Source: Candidatus Woesebacteria bacterium | GTDB taxonomy: Bacteria; Patescibacteriota; Microgenomatia; UBA12405 | Direction of reading: 5' to 3' | Length of the DNA stretch: 64,000 bases | Assembly (NCBI GenBank): GCA_035402805.1 | Contig: DAONDY010000001.1 | Location: forward strand, 84,098-148,097 | Part shown: piece after piece, positions 19,190 to 28,324 of the stretch | How the letters are laid out: every line of letters begins with the position of its first letter | How positions within the stretch are numbered: position 1 is the first letter of the stretch | The notes under the pieces: model-generated | What the model was told of the DNA's origin: nothing | The model's input: only the letters and a program-made list of their open reading frames with translations | Database searches by the model: none | Translations under genes and position numbers: made by a program

Positions 19190-20469
19190 TGAATTTGATA
19201 GCCAAGTCTCTTCTTTTATATGTTGAAGGCCTAAAAACCCCCATATTTAGGAAGAAACTAATAATCACTCTTTTGCTTTTAATTTTTTTCCGTCTCATTG
19301 CTCACATCCCAGTTCCGGGTGTTAATTTAGCCCTTCTCAAACAATTCTTTTCTCAAAATCAGCTTCTTTCTCTTTTAGATATTTTTTCCGGTGGGACCTT
19401 AGCTAATTTTTCTATTGCTGCTCTTGGTTTATCTCCTTATATCAATGCCTCAGTTATGATGCAACTTTTGGCTTTAGTTGTACCCCGAGTTGAAGAACTC
19501 CAAAAAGAAGGGGAATATGGTCGGGCCAAAATTAATCAATACACTCGTATTGCTACTATTCCTTTTGCCATTATTAACAGTATTGGTATGTTTACTATTC
19601 TTAAATCACAAAATATAATCACCGATTTAAGCCCAATTATGATTATTGCTATGGTTTTTAGCATGTTGGCCGGTACTATGATTATGATTTTTTTGGGAGA
19701 AATGATTAATCTTTATGGGGTTGGTAATGGTATTTCTATGCTTATTTTTGCCGGTATTATCTCTCGTTTACCAATAAGTTTTATTCAAACCTTAAGCATT
19801 ACTGATTTTTCTAATCCTCAAAATCTTTTTAATCTAGTCATTCTTGCCGCTATGGCTTTTGCTTTAATTTTAAGCATCGTTTTAGTAGAGGAAGCCATTC
19901 TTCGTGTACCTATAAATTATGCCAAACGTGGCCAATCGACCTATTTGCCAATCAAGATTAATACTGCTGGCGTTATGCCCATCATTTTTGCTGTATCTTT
20001 AGCCACCGTTCCTTCTTTATTAGGTCAGTTTTTAGGCAAAGTTTCAAATCATTTTATTGCTTCCACTGCCACCACTCTTGCTAATATTTTTAAAACTGAT
20101 GGATACGTTTACATGGTTTTTTACTTTTTATTAGTCATGGGTTTCACTTTTTTCTATACTTCAGTTATTTTCAAACCAAAAGATATCGCTGATGAATTAA
20201 GAAAGTCAGGTGGTTTTATTCCTGGAATTCGTCCTGGTATTTCCACTGAAAAACGTCTTAAGTATTTAATCAATCGAGTTATCGTTATTGGTTCGGTTTT
20301 TTTGGGACTAATCGCTGTTGCCCCATCTATAGTTCAAAAAATTACTGGAATAACTACTTTAACCATTGGCGGAACCAGCGTTCTTATCGTTGTTTCTGTA
20401 GTTATTGAATTAACTCGCAAATTAGAAAATGTCGTTCAAATGCAAAATTACGACAAATTAAGTTATTAA
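19189..20469 (+). CDS. secY: Preprotein translocase subunit SecY
   Basis: It is a 10-TM protein at the canonical spc-operon position. Confidence 0.93.
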   Translation: MNLIAKSLLLYVEGLKTPIFRKKLIITLLLLIFFRLIAHIPVPGVNLALLKQFFSQNQLLSLLDIFSGGTLANFSIAALGLSPYINASVMMQLLALVVPRVEELQKEGEYGRAKINQYTRIATIPFAIINSIGMFTILKSQNIITDLSPIMIIAMVFSMLAGTMIMIFLGEMINLYGVGNGISMLIFAGIISRLPISFIQTLSITDFSNPQNLFNLVILAAMAFALILSIVLVEEAILRVPINYAKRGQSTYLPIKINTAGVMPIIFAVSLATVPSLLGQFLGKVSNHFIASTATTLANIFKTDGYVYMVFYFLLVMGFTFFYTSVIFKPKDIADELRKSGGFIPGIRPGISTEKRLKYLINRVIVIGSVFLGLIAVAPSIVQKITGITTLTIGGTSVLIVVSVVIELTRKLENVVQMQNYDKLSY

Positions 20470-20479
20470 TTTAAAAAAT

Positions 20480-21067
20480 ATGGCTTTAAATTTATTTATA
20501 ATTGGTCCATCAGGTTGCGGCAAATCAACCCAAGCTAAGCTTATTGCCGAAAAATATTCTCTTACTCATTTATCTATGGGTCAGCTTCTTCGTGATGAAA
20601 TTGCTGCCGCTTCTGAACTCGGTTTAAAAGCTAAATCATTTATTGATGCCGGTAATTTGGTTCCTGACGAAATTGCTTTTGCTATTTTAACCACTAATTT
20701 AGCCAAAATTAATAATCAAGATTTCATTATTGATGGTTTTCCTCGTATTTTGACTCAAGGTCAATTTATTGAAAATTATTTATCAACTCAAAATCAACCT
20801 CTAGATCTGATTATTCATCTTGATGTTACTTTTGAAGAAATTCAATCAAGACGAGCTAAATTAGGTCTCGACTTTCAAGACAAAAGTCGTACTGATAATA
20901 CTCCCGAAGCCATGGCTGGTCGTCAAAAATTTTATGACGATAATAACGGCCTAATTATGGATTATTTCCAGGCCAAAGATCTTTTATTCCGAACCGATGG
21001 CAATCGTCCAATTGAACCAATTTTTCAAGATATCTGTCAAAAAATTAATAGTTTATCTCAAAATTGA
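20480..21067 (+). CDS. adk: Adenylate kinase (short, no zinc lid)
   Basis: A P-loop GPSGCGKST and LSMGQLLR are present; it ends with a TGA stop. Confidence 0.9.
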   Translation: MALNLFIIGPSGCGKSTQAKLIAEKYSLTHLSMGQLLRDEIAAASELGLKAKSFIDAGNLVPDEIAFAILTTNLAKINNQDFIIDGFPRILTQGQFIENYLSTQNQPLDLIIHLDVTFEEIQSRRAKLGLDFQDKSRTDNTPEAMAGRQKFYDDNNGLIMDYFQAKDLLFRTDGNRPIEPIFQDICQKINSLSQN

Positions 21068-21267
21068 AAGAACCAACTGTCAGAGGACAAATAACCGAAG
21101 TCTTGCCTAATTCTCTTTATCGAGTTAAACTCGAAAATGGCAATGACATTATTGCTCATCTAGCCGGTAAACTTAGGATGAATCACATCCGGGTTATGGC
21201 TGGAGACAATGTTTCTCTAGTCCTTAGTCCTGAAGGGGAGAAAGGTAGAATTGTCTATCGCATATAA
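21064..21267 (+). CDS. infA: Translation initiation factor IF-1
   Basis: It has an S1-like fold and reads GQITEVLPNSLYRVKLENG; a TTG start overlaps the adk stop. Confidence 0.88.
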   Translation: MKEPTVRGQITEVLPNSLYRVKLENGNDIIAHLAGKLRMNHIRVMAGDNVSLVLSPEGEKGRIVYRI

Positions 21268-21324
21268 ATTAAATTTACTCTTTGATATTCGCGCCTTTAT
21301 AGGTTAAAATATCCAAGTTCCTAT

Positions 21325-21438
21325 ATGAAAGTAAAATCTAGTATTAAACGTCGATGTAAAAATTGTAAAATAGTTCTCCGCCGAGGAGTTCGACGTGTTA
21401 TTTGTTCTACTAAAAGACATAACCAAAAACAGGGTTAA
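21325..21438 (+). CDS. rpmJ: 50S ribosomal protein L36
   Basis: This ORF is not in the ORF track. It encodes [37 protein letters not shown] (37 aa, C-x2-C...C...H). Confidence 0.9.
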   Translation: MKVKSSIKRRCKNCKIVLRRGVRRVICSTKRHNQKQG

Positions 21439-21446
21439 ATAAAAAT

Positions 21447-21866
21447 ATGAGAATTGTTGGTGTTGAAATTCCAGATAATGAAAGAGCCGAAATTGGCTTA
21501 ACTCGTTTTTTTGGCATTGGTCGAACCAATGTTAAAGAATTGGCTAAAAAAGCTAATGTTAATCTAGACACTAGAATTAAAGATTTGTCACGTGATGATG
21601 TTTCTAATTTAATGAAAGCCCTTGAAAGTTTTAAAGTCGAAGGTGATCTTAAAAAGGAAATTCGTGAAAATATTGATCGTCTAAAAGCTATTAAATCTTA
21701 TCGCGGTCTTCGTCATATTGTTAGTCTTCCTGTTCGAGGTCAAAGAACCAAAACTAATTCTCGTACCCGAAAAGGTAAGAAAAAGACTGTCGGTTCGTTA
21801 ACTAAAGAAGCTTGGGCAAAAATTGAAACTGCTCAAAAAGCTGCTAGTAACAATACTAATAAATAA
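21447..21866 (+). CDS. rpsM: 30S ribosomal protein S13
   Basis: It starts MRIVGVEIPDNERAEI. Confidence 0.93.
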   Translation: MRIVGVEIPDNERAEIGLTRFFGIGRTNVKELAKKANVNLDTRIKDLSRDDVSNLMKALESFKVEGDLKKEIRENIDRLKAIKSYRGLRHIVSLPVRGQRTKTNSRTRKGKKKTVGSLTKEAWAKIETAQKAASNNTNK

Positions 21867-21877
21867 TTAATCTAAAA

Positions 21878-22288
21878 ATGGCAGAACAAAAAACTAAAAC
21901 CAATACTAAAACAGTCGTTAAAAAGAAAACATTTAAAAATATTGCCGAAGGTCGACTTTATATTCAATCAACTTTTAACAACACTATTGTTACTGTAACT
22001 GATACTAAAGGTAAAACCGTTGCTTGGTCAAGTTCAGGAAATTGCGGTTTCAAAGGAGCCAGAAAATCTACTCCATATGCCGCCACTACTGCTATTGAAA
22101 AAACCTTAGAAGAAGCAAAAAAACATGGTATTAAAAAATTAGCAGTTTATTTAAAAGGTCCAGGCTCAGGTCGAGATGCGGCTCTTAGATTCCTTCGCAC
22201 CAAAAGAGATTTTGATGTCGATATGATTTCTGACATCACCCCCATTCCTCATAATGGTCCAAGACCTCCAAAACAAAGAAGAATTTAA
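21878..22288 (+). CDS. rpsK: 30S ribosomal protein S11
   Basis: It sits at the alpha-operon position, and the RKSTPYAATTA block fits S11. Confidence 0.92.
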   Translation: MAEQKTKTNTKTVVKKKTFKNIAEGRLYIQSTFNNTIVTVTDTKGKTVAWSSSGNCGFKGARKSTPYAATTAIEKTLEEAKKHGIKKLAVYLKGPGSGRDAALRFLRTKRDFDVDMISDITPIPHNGPRPPKQRRI

Positions 22289-22298
22289 TTAAAAACAT

Positions 22299-22931
22299 AT
22301 GTCCAGAATTACTTTAAATACAAAATGTCGACTTTGTCGAGCTGCTGGTTCCAAACTTTATTTGAAAGGTATTCGTTGTAACTCTTCAAAATGTCCAATC
22401 GAAAAGAAAGGTGCTGTTAAGCCAGGTATGCACGGTGTTAAAGGTGGCAGTAAGCCAACCGATTATGGTATTCAGCTTCGTGCTAAACAAAAAGCTAAAA
22501 GAATCTATGGTGTTCAAGAAACCCAATTCAATAATTATTATCTTAAAGCCAAAAAACTTAAGGGTTTGGTCGGTGACAATTTAATGATTCTTCTTGAAAA
22601 AAGATTAGACAATGTTCTTTATAAATCTGGTTTGGTTTTATCTCGATCCTTAGCTAAACAATTAATCAGTCATAAACATATTTTAGTCAATGATAAAAAG
22701 CTTAATATCGCTTCTTATGAAACCAAAATTGGTGATTTAATCAGTTTTGACGCTAAAACTATGAACAATTACAAAGATGTTCTCCCTGCTATGGAAAGTG
22801 ATTTTAAGAGTCCACAATGGCTCGATTTAAATAAGAAAAACCTTACTGTCAAAGTCATTTCTGCCCCAATTAAGGAAGAAATGTCCGCCGACATTGATGT
22901 CAATTTAATAATTGAATATTATTCAAGATAA
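22299..22931 (+). CDS. rpsD: 30S ribosomal protein S4 (zinc-finger form)
   Basis: It starts SRITLNTKCRLCR...CNSSKCP. Confidence 0.92.
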   Translation: MSRITLNTKCRLCRAAGSKLYLKGIRCNSSKCPIEKKGAVKPGMHGVKGGSKPTDYGIQLRAKQKAKRIYGVQETQFNNYYLKAKKLKGLVGDNLMILLEKRLDNVLYKSGLVLSRSLAKQLISHKHILVNDKKLNIASYETKIGDLISFDAKTMNNYKDVLPAMESDFKSPQWLDLNKKNLTVKVISAPIKEEMSADIDVNLIIEYYSR

Positions 22932-22948
22932 TAAAAAAAGGAGATACA

Positions 22949-23866
22949 ATGATCGAAACAAATAAGTTTAATATAAAAACCGTCAAAACAGAGAAAAAAT
23001 ACGGTAAATTCGAGCTCAGTCCATTAGTCGGTGGCTTTGGTCACACTCTTGGTAACAGTCTACGTCGTGTTTTATTAATCACTATCCCTGGTGCGGCTAT
23101 AACCAAAATCAGAGTTGATGGTGCTAATCATCTTTTTACCACTCTTCCAGGAGTTAAAGAAGATTTAGTCGAAGTATCTTTAAATCTTAAAAAAGTTAAA
23201 TTTGAATATAATCAGAACGAGCCAGTTGTTTTAACTCTCGAAAAGAAAGGTCCAGGAATTGTCACTGCTGCCGATATTTCTAGCACTGATTTATGTAAAG
23301 TTTCTAATCCTGAACAAGTAATTGCTACTCTTGCTGATAATAAGTCATCTTTAAAGATTTCTTTAACTGTCGAAAGGGGAGTTGGCTATACTCTTGCTAA
23401 AGAACAAAAAACCGATATTGTCGGTGAAATAATTCTAGACGCTGCTTTCACTCCAGTTATTAAAACTAATTACACTGTTGAACCAACTCGTTTAGGTAAA
23501 AAATCAAACTACGACAAATTAACTATGGAAATTTGGACCGATGGTTCTATTGATCCTCTTCAAGCTCTTAAAATGGCTGCTAAGGATTTAATTAGTTCTT
23601 TCTCTCAAATAGTTGATCCAAAAGAATTTGAAGAAGAAGTTATTACTTTAATGGCCTCTCCAAATCCACATGGTAGCGATATTTCTGTTGAAGAAATTGA
23701 ACTTCCATTAAGAGTCACTAATGCTCTTAAAAAAGCTGGCTATCCAACTATTGATGTTTTAATCAAAGCTGGTCGTTTAGATGTCAGTAAAGCTAAAAAC
23801 GTTGGCGAAAAATCATTAAAAGTTATCGATGCCTGGTTAAAAGAAAGAGGCTTCACTTGGAAATAA
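22949..23866 (+). CDS. rpoA: DNA-directed RNA polymerase alpha subunit
   Basis: An NTD dimerization block and a C-terminal helix-hairpin-helix (PLRVTNALKKAGYPTIDVL) are present. Confidence 0.93.
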   Translation: MIETNKFNIKTVKTEKKYGKFELSPLVGGFGHTLGNSLRRVLLITIPGAAITKIRVDGANHLFTTLPGVKEDLVEVSLNLKKVKFEYNQNEPVVLTLEKKGPGIVTAADISSTDLCKVSNPEQVIATLADNKSSLKISLTVERGVGYTLAKEQKTDIVGEIILDAAFTPVIKTNYTVEPTRLGKKSNYDKLTMEIWTDGSIDPLQALKMAAKDLISSFSQIVDPKEFEEEVITLMASPNPHGSDISVEEIELPLRVTNALKKAGYPTIDVLIKAGRLDVSKAKNVGEKSLKVIDAWLKERGFTWK

Positions 23867-23869
23867 ATT

Positions 23870-24337
23870 ATGAGACATCGAATGGTAGGTAAAAAATTAG
23901 GCCGTAATTTCAACGAAAGAAAGGCTTTATTGAAGTCTTTAACTAAATCCATGTTTACTTATGGATCAATTGAAACTACCGAAGCTAAGGTAAAAGCTGT
24001 TATTCCCATGGTGGAAGGTCTAGCTAATACCATTATTACCAAAGAAGAATTAACTGCCAAAAGAGAACTATTTAAAGTTCTTCAAGATCAAAATTGGGTT
24101 AATCGTGTCGTTGCCAATTTTAAATCAGTTTTTGGTGACCAAAAATCAAATTTCACCGCTGTCACTAAAATAAAACGACGTTTTGGTGATGATGCTTTAA
24201 TTGTCAAATATAGTTTTGTTAAAACTGTTGATTTTCAACCAAAAAAAGTTGAAGTTGTTAAAAAAGACAAAAAAGCTGTTGTTAAAAAAGAAAAACCAGT
24301 CAAAAAAGTTAAAGCAGTCAAAAAGGAGTCAAAATAA
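23870..24337 (+). CDS. rplQ: 50S ribosomal protein L17 with Lys-rich C-terminal tail
   Basis: The MRHRMVGKKLGRNFNERKAL core is followed by a KKVEVVKKDKKAVVKKEKPVKKVKAVKK tail. Confidence 0.9.
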   Translation: MRHRMVGKKLGRNFNERKALLKSLTKSMFTYGSIETTEAKVKAVIPMVEGLANTIITKEELTAKRELFKVLQDQNWVNRVVANFKSVFGDQKSNFTAVTKIKRRFGDDALIVKYSFVKTVDFQPKKVEVVKKDKKAVVKKEKPVKKVKAVKKESK

Positions 24338-24753
24338 TGAAAACTACAGTTTTAAAAGGTAACACCGTCGAAAGACAATGGCATTTAATCGATCTTAAAG
24401 GTAAAACTTTAGGTCGTGCTTGTACTGAAATTGCTGGTATTTTGATTGGTAAAGGTAAAATAGATTTTTCTTATCATCGAGATGATGGTGATTATGTTGT
24501 TGCTATAAATGCCGCTGATATTGTTACCACCGGTCGTAAATTAAAACAAAAAGTTTATTATCATCACACCGCTTGGTCTGGTCATTTAAAAGAGCTCACC
24601 CTTGGTGAACTTTTGCGAAAAGATGCCCGTCAGGTCATTACTCACGGTGTTTATGGTATGTTACCTAAAAACAAACTAAGAGATGTCAGAATGACTCGTT
24701 TAAAAGTTTTTGTCGATTCTAATCACAAATATGGTGAAAAATTCAATAAATAA
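24337..24753 (+). CDS. rplM: 50S ribosomal protein L13
   Basis: The MKTTVLKGNTVERQWHLIDLKGKTLGR block is present. Confidence 0.92.
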   Translation: MKTTVLKGNTVERQWHLIDLKGKTLGRACTEIAGILIGKGKIDFSYHRDDGDYVVAINAADIVTTGRKLKQKVYYHHTAWSGHLKELTLGELLRKDARQVITHGVYGMLPKNKLRDVRMTRLKVFVDSNHKYGEKFNK

Positions 24754-25144
24754 AAATACTTATACTTACGCTATTGGTAGAAGAAAATCTGCCGTTGCTG
24801 CCGTTAAATTATTTTCTCAAAAAGGGGACTCAAACGTTAATAAAGTCTCCGCCGATAAATATTTTCCCAGCAAGGCTGCTCAAATTGCTTACGAAAGACC
24901 TTTTTTAGTCACTGACACTGTCGGTAAATATCATTTTGAAGCTAAAATCACTGGTGGCGGTAAAGCTGGCCAAGTTGAAGCATTAAGTTTAGCTCTTTGT
25001 CGTGCTTTAGTTAAAATAAATGAATCTTTTAAGGCAATTATAAAACCGACTGGTTTATTAACCGTTGATTCCCGAGTAAAAGAAAGAAGAATGGTTGGTA
25101 CTGGTGGAAAATCACGACGTCAAAAGCAATCTCCAAAGCGTTAA
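24731..25144 (+). CDS. rpsI: 30S ribosomal protein S9
   Basis: YTYAIGRRKSAVA... is followed by the C-terminal GGKSRRQKQSPKR. The start is taken at the ATG overlapping the rplM end. Confidence 0.88.
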   Translation: MVKNSINKNTYTYAIGRRKSAVAAVKLFSQKGDSNVNKVSADKYFPSKAAQIAYERPFLVTDTVGKYHFEAKITGGGKAGQVEALSLALCRALVKINESFKAIIKPTGLLTVDSRVKERRMVGTGGKSRRQKQSPKR

Positions 25145-25162
25145 GCTTTATTTTGTACTTAC

Positions 25163-25191
25163 ATCCCTCACTTCGGTGGGGGATTTTTTTT
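25163..25191 (+). terminator. Rho-independent terminator after rpsI
   Basis: atccctcac-ttcg-gtgggggat is followed by T8. Confidence 0.75.
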
Positions 25192-25273
25192 CAAAAAAAT
25201 ACGGTCAAACAATCAAAATAAAATCCCCACCAAATGGTGAAAATTATTTTGATCATCCGACCGTAAAGAGAGA

Positions 25274-25540
25274 CTAATTATTGTCTAAAACAACAGAAAA
25301 TAGTTTTTTATAGAGTATCAGGCAACTTATTTTTTGTTGTCTTGTTTCGTTTTGGAACCTGAAACTGCCAATTGTGGCATTGTATCCGTAAACTGTTCCT
25401 CGTATACACATTGCCTCAATTTTTGGTAACAATTCCTCATCAAAAAAAATTTCTTTACTGATAATAATCTTTTTCTCTTCCAATACATCCTCGATTTTCT
25501 CCATTACCCTCTTAATTTCTTGGAATACCAGATCTTTCAT
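25274..25540 (-). CDS. Hypothetical acidic small protein (88 aa)
   Basis: An AAGGAAAAGGGAAAA region lies upstream. Convergent with rpsI, it has a back-to-back hairpin (caccaaatggtg) as a possible terminator. No homolog recognised. Confidence 0.35.
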   Translation of the reverse strand: MKDLVFQEIKRVMEKIEDVLEEKKIIISKEIFFDEELLPKIEAMCIRGTVYGYNATIGSFRFQNETRQQKISCLILYKKLFSVVLDNN

Positions 25541-25810
25541 TTTTCCCTTTTCCTTTCTACAGTTATTTTAGTCTCTATATAAAAACGGCATTACTTTTTT
25601 TAGAATAAATTAATTTATTTATCCTAAAATTTCAATAATACCGTTGATTACCTTGTAACTTTTTCAACGCCATGTTGTAAAGTTACGATGTTAATGTTCG
25701 ATCAAATTTATTGATCAACAAGGCAAATTTTATCAAAAAGAACCTATAATGTCAATATAGTTTATAAATTTATCATTAAAAATTAGACATTATTTTGATT
25801 ATAATTACTC

Positions 25811-26542
25811 ATGTCTTTATTCCAATCCATCATCTTAAGTTTTGTTCAAGGTGTTACTGAATTTTTACCCATATCTTCCGATGGGCATCTTAATTTATTC
25901 CAGCATTTTTTTAAATTGACACCATCTCTAACCTTTGATGTTTTTCTCCATGCTGCCACCTTTTTATCAGTTGTTTTCTTTTTTAGAAATCAAATTAAAT
26001 ATTTTTTTAGCAATTTAAAATACATTATTGTCGGTTCTATTCCGGCTGTTATTGTTGGTTTTTTCTTTAAAGATCAAATAGAATCCTTATTTTCTAACCC
26101 CAAACTTTTACCACTATTTTTTCTAGCCACTGCTATTCCCGTTTTTTCCACTAAATTTATTAAGAAGCAGGATAAAAAAATTACTTATTTTTCTGCTTTT
26201 ATTATTGGTCTTTTCCAATCAATTGCTATTCTTCCCGGAGTTTCTCGTTCTGGTTTAACCATCTTTTCTGCTCTTCTTTTAGGTCTTTCTTCTATCAATG
26301 CTTTTAATTTTTCCTTTTGTCTTTTCCTTCCAGCTTCCTTTGGTGCTATTGTTCTTTCTACTAAAGACATTATTTCTCAATCGATTATTACTCCCAATAA
26401 TTTAATCGCTTTTGTGGTGGCTTTTTTCACTGGATTGATTGCTCTAAAATTTCTTAAAAAAGTTGTTACCGGTCAAAAATTTTGGATCTTTGGTATTTAC
26501 ACTTTTATTTTAGCTTTAACACTCACCTGTTTTTCCATTTAA
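25811..26542 (+). CDS. uppP: Undecaprenyl-diphosphatase
   Basis: The GVTEFLPISSDGHL N-terminal signature and the GVSRSG block of BacA/UppP are present; the protein is polytopic. A TATAAT lies only 6 nt upstream of the ATG (possibly leaderless). Confidence 0.9.
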   Translation: MSLFQSIILSFVQGVTEFLPISSDGHLNLFQHFFKLTPSLTFDVFLHAATFLSVVFFFRNQIKYFFSNLKYIIVGSIPAVIVGFFFKDQIESLFSNPKLLPLFFLATAIPVFSTKFIKKQDKKITYFSAFIIGLFQSIAILPGVSRSGLTIFSALLLGLSSINAFNFSFCLFLPASFGAIVLSTKDIISQSIITPNNLIAFVVAFFTGLIALKFLKKVVTGQKFWIFGIYTFILALTLTCFSI

Positions 26543-26676
26543 TTTATCCATCATTATTTTCTTTAAGTTTTCTGACGCCAATTCAATCACCTTCTTTTGT
26601 TTATATTTTTGTTTTTCTTTTTTACTTTCTGTCTCAACTTGAAAAACTAATTCTTGTTTATAATTACTTTCCATAT

Positions 26677-27630
26677 TTAAATTTGTCCTGACATATAATT
26701 TTTCCAGATTAAATACAACTCGGTTGTTGCCGTTGCGTCTCTAGCCACATAATCAGCAATTTTATTGAATTCACCCTCATTATATAATTTCGTCACATCA
26801 TCACCATGAACTCCTTTTTCCTTTGGGTTTTCAATTCCAAAAGCCTTACACAACATTTCCAATTTAAAACCGTGACTTTGTCTTATTTTGTTTTGTAAAT
26901 CTAAAAATTTATCTGATCCCCATTTTTTAATTTCAAATGGCATCTTCACTCGGTTTATTCCCGATCTAATCATCAAATAGGGGAAATCAAAAGTATCGCC
27001 GTTATAAGTCACAAATTGTTCATATGTTGATGTTATTTTCCAAAATTCTTCCAATAATTCCTTTTCGGTGGCAAATGTTTTATAAGTGAAATTATCTTTT
27101 TCTGGTTTAATTTCCTTAGTTGATAAACTCAATACAAATCCAGTTTTATTACCCACATCTAATGCTCCAATTGCACAAACTATTCCAAAAATAGAATATA
27201 AAGCTGTTTTATTTTTGGCAACTTCTTTATCCGGTTCAGCCTTTTCTAAATTATTCAAAAGATAATCTTGTTCAACTTCATCTAATTCCTCGAACTTTTT
27301 ACCTAAAGTTTCAATATCAAAAACCAAAGTTGGAACAGAAGGGGAGTAATCGCTGGGTTCTTCGGTTGTCACAATTTGGCAATTATCAATAATTATTCCT
27401 ATTTTTCCATTATATTCTTGAGACTTACCATTAATTTCAATTACTTTTCCTTCCTCAAATTGACATTGAGTTACATTATTATTCCAAATTTTAGCTTCAA
27501 TAATTCCATCTGGATTACAAAGTTGCAAAATATAATAATTGTCGCCCTTGACTGTCTGTCTAATTTCTTTGCTTTTTACTAAAAAATGCTGATCTCTTAT
27601 TAATTCATTTGCTCCTAATTTAATTGCCAT
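26677..27630 (-). CDS. OB-fold + DEDDy 3'-5' exonuclease related to the PolB exonuclease domain
   Basis: Exo I (LVFDIETLG), Exo II (YNGDTFDFPYL) and Exo III (YVARDATATTELY) motifs are present. The N-terminal ~100 aa looks like an OB-fold nucleic-acid-binding domain. Confidence 0.7.
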   Translation of the reverse strand: MAIKLGANELIRDQHFLVKSKEIRQTVKGDNYYILQLCNPDGIIEAKIWNNNVTQCQFEEGKVIEINGKSQEYNGKIGIIIDNCQIVTTEEPSDYSPSVPTLVFDIETLGKKFEELDEVEQDYLLNNLEKAEPDKEVAKNKTALYSIFGIVCAIGALDVGNKTGFVLSLSTKEIKPEKDNFTYKTFATEKELLEEFWKITSTYEQFVTYNGDTFDFPYLMIRSGINRVKMPFEIKKWGSDKFLDLQNKIRQSHGFKLEMLCKAFGIENPKEKGVHGDDVTKLYNEGEFNKIADYVARDATATTELYLIWKNYMSGQI

Positions 27631-27655
27631 ATATCAAATTATATCCCAAATAAGT

Positions 27656-27683
27656 CTTAATTATTAATTCTTAATTATTAATT
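27656..27683. repeat. Tandem 14-nt AT-rich direct repeat (cttaattattaatt x2) in divergent promoter region
   Basis: Two exact adjacent copies are present. Confidence 0.6.
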
Positions 27684-27689
27684 TAATAT

Positions 27690-27704
27690 ATGTATCAGAT
27701 ACAT
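27690..27704. promoter_or_regulatory. Perfect 15-bp palindrome ATGTATC-A-GATACAT (candidate operator)
   Basis: An exact inverted repeat sits immediately upstream of the ppa -35. Confidence 0.4.
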
Positions 27705-27713
27705 ACTAATAAT

Positions 27714-27741
27714 TTGACTGAAAATCCATTAATGTTATAAT
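27714..27741 (+). promoter_or_regulatory. Sigma-70-like promoter for ppa (TTGACT-16-TATAAT)
   Basis: TTGACT at 27714-27719 and TATAAT at 27736-27741. Confidence 0.55.
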
Positions 27742-27751
27742 TTTATCCACT

Positions 27752-28318
27752 ATGTATCTACACATAAACATCGGAGACGAATCTCCAAAAATTGTCAACG
27801 CCATTATTGAAATTCCTAAAAGCACTTCCAACAAGTACGAATACGACGAAGAAATGGACATAATCAAATTAGATCGAGTTCTACATTCACCCATGTTTTA
27901 TCCAGTCGATTATGGTTTTATTCCCGACACTCGTTCCAAAGATGGTGATCATCTAGATGTTATGGTTATAACTCAATCTCCAGTTTTTACAGGTTGCCTT
28001 TTAGAAGTCCGTCCTATTGGCGCTTTAATTATGTCAGATGAAAGTGGTGACGATGAAAAAATTTTGGCTGTTCCAGTTAAAAATCCACTTTATAATGAAT
28101 ATCAAAAATTATCCGATGTTCCGCAACATTTTTTAAAAGAATTAGTTCATTTTTTTACGGAATATAAACGATTAGAAGATAGTAAAAATGTCACCGTTAA
28201 AGGTTGGATTAGTAAAAAAGAAGCCCACGACGTTATCAATGAATCGGCTAAACTCTATCAGGAAGAGCAAAAACAAAAAGAAAGAGAAATGACCGCCGCT
28301 GCTTCCATCCAAAGTTAA
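27752..28318 (+). CDS. ppa: Inorganic pyrophosphatase (family I) with charged C-terminal tail
   Basis: The conserved D-rich core of family I PPase is present (DGDHLDVMV, YEYDEE). Confidence 0.9.
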   Translation: MYLHINIGDESPKIVNAIIEIPKSTSNKYEYDEEMDIIKLDRVLHSPMFYPVDYGFIPDTRSKDGDHLDVMVITQSPVFTGCLLEVRPIGALIMSDESGDDEKILAVPVKNPLYNEYQKLSDVPQHFLKELVHFFTEYKRLEDSKNVTVKGWISKKEAHDVINESAKLYQEEQKQKEREMTAAASIQS

Positions 28319-28324
28319 CTTAAG

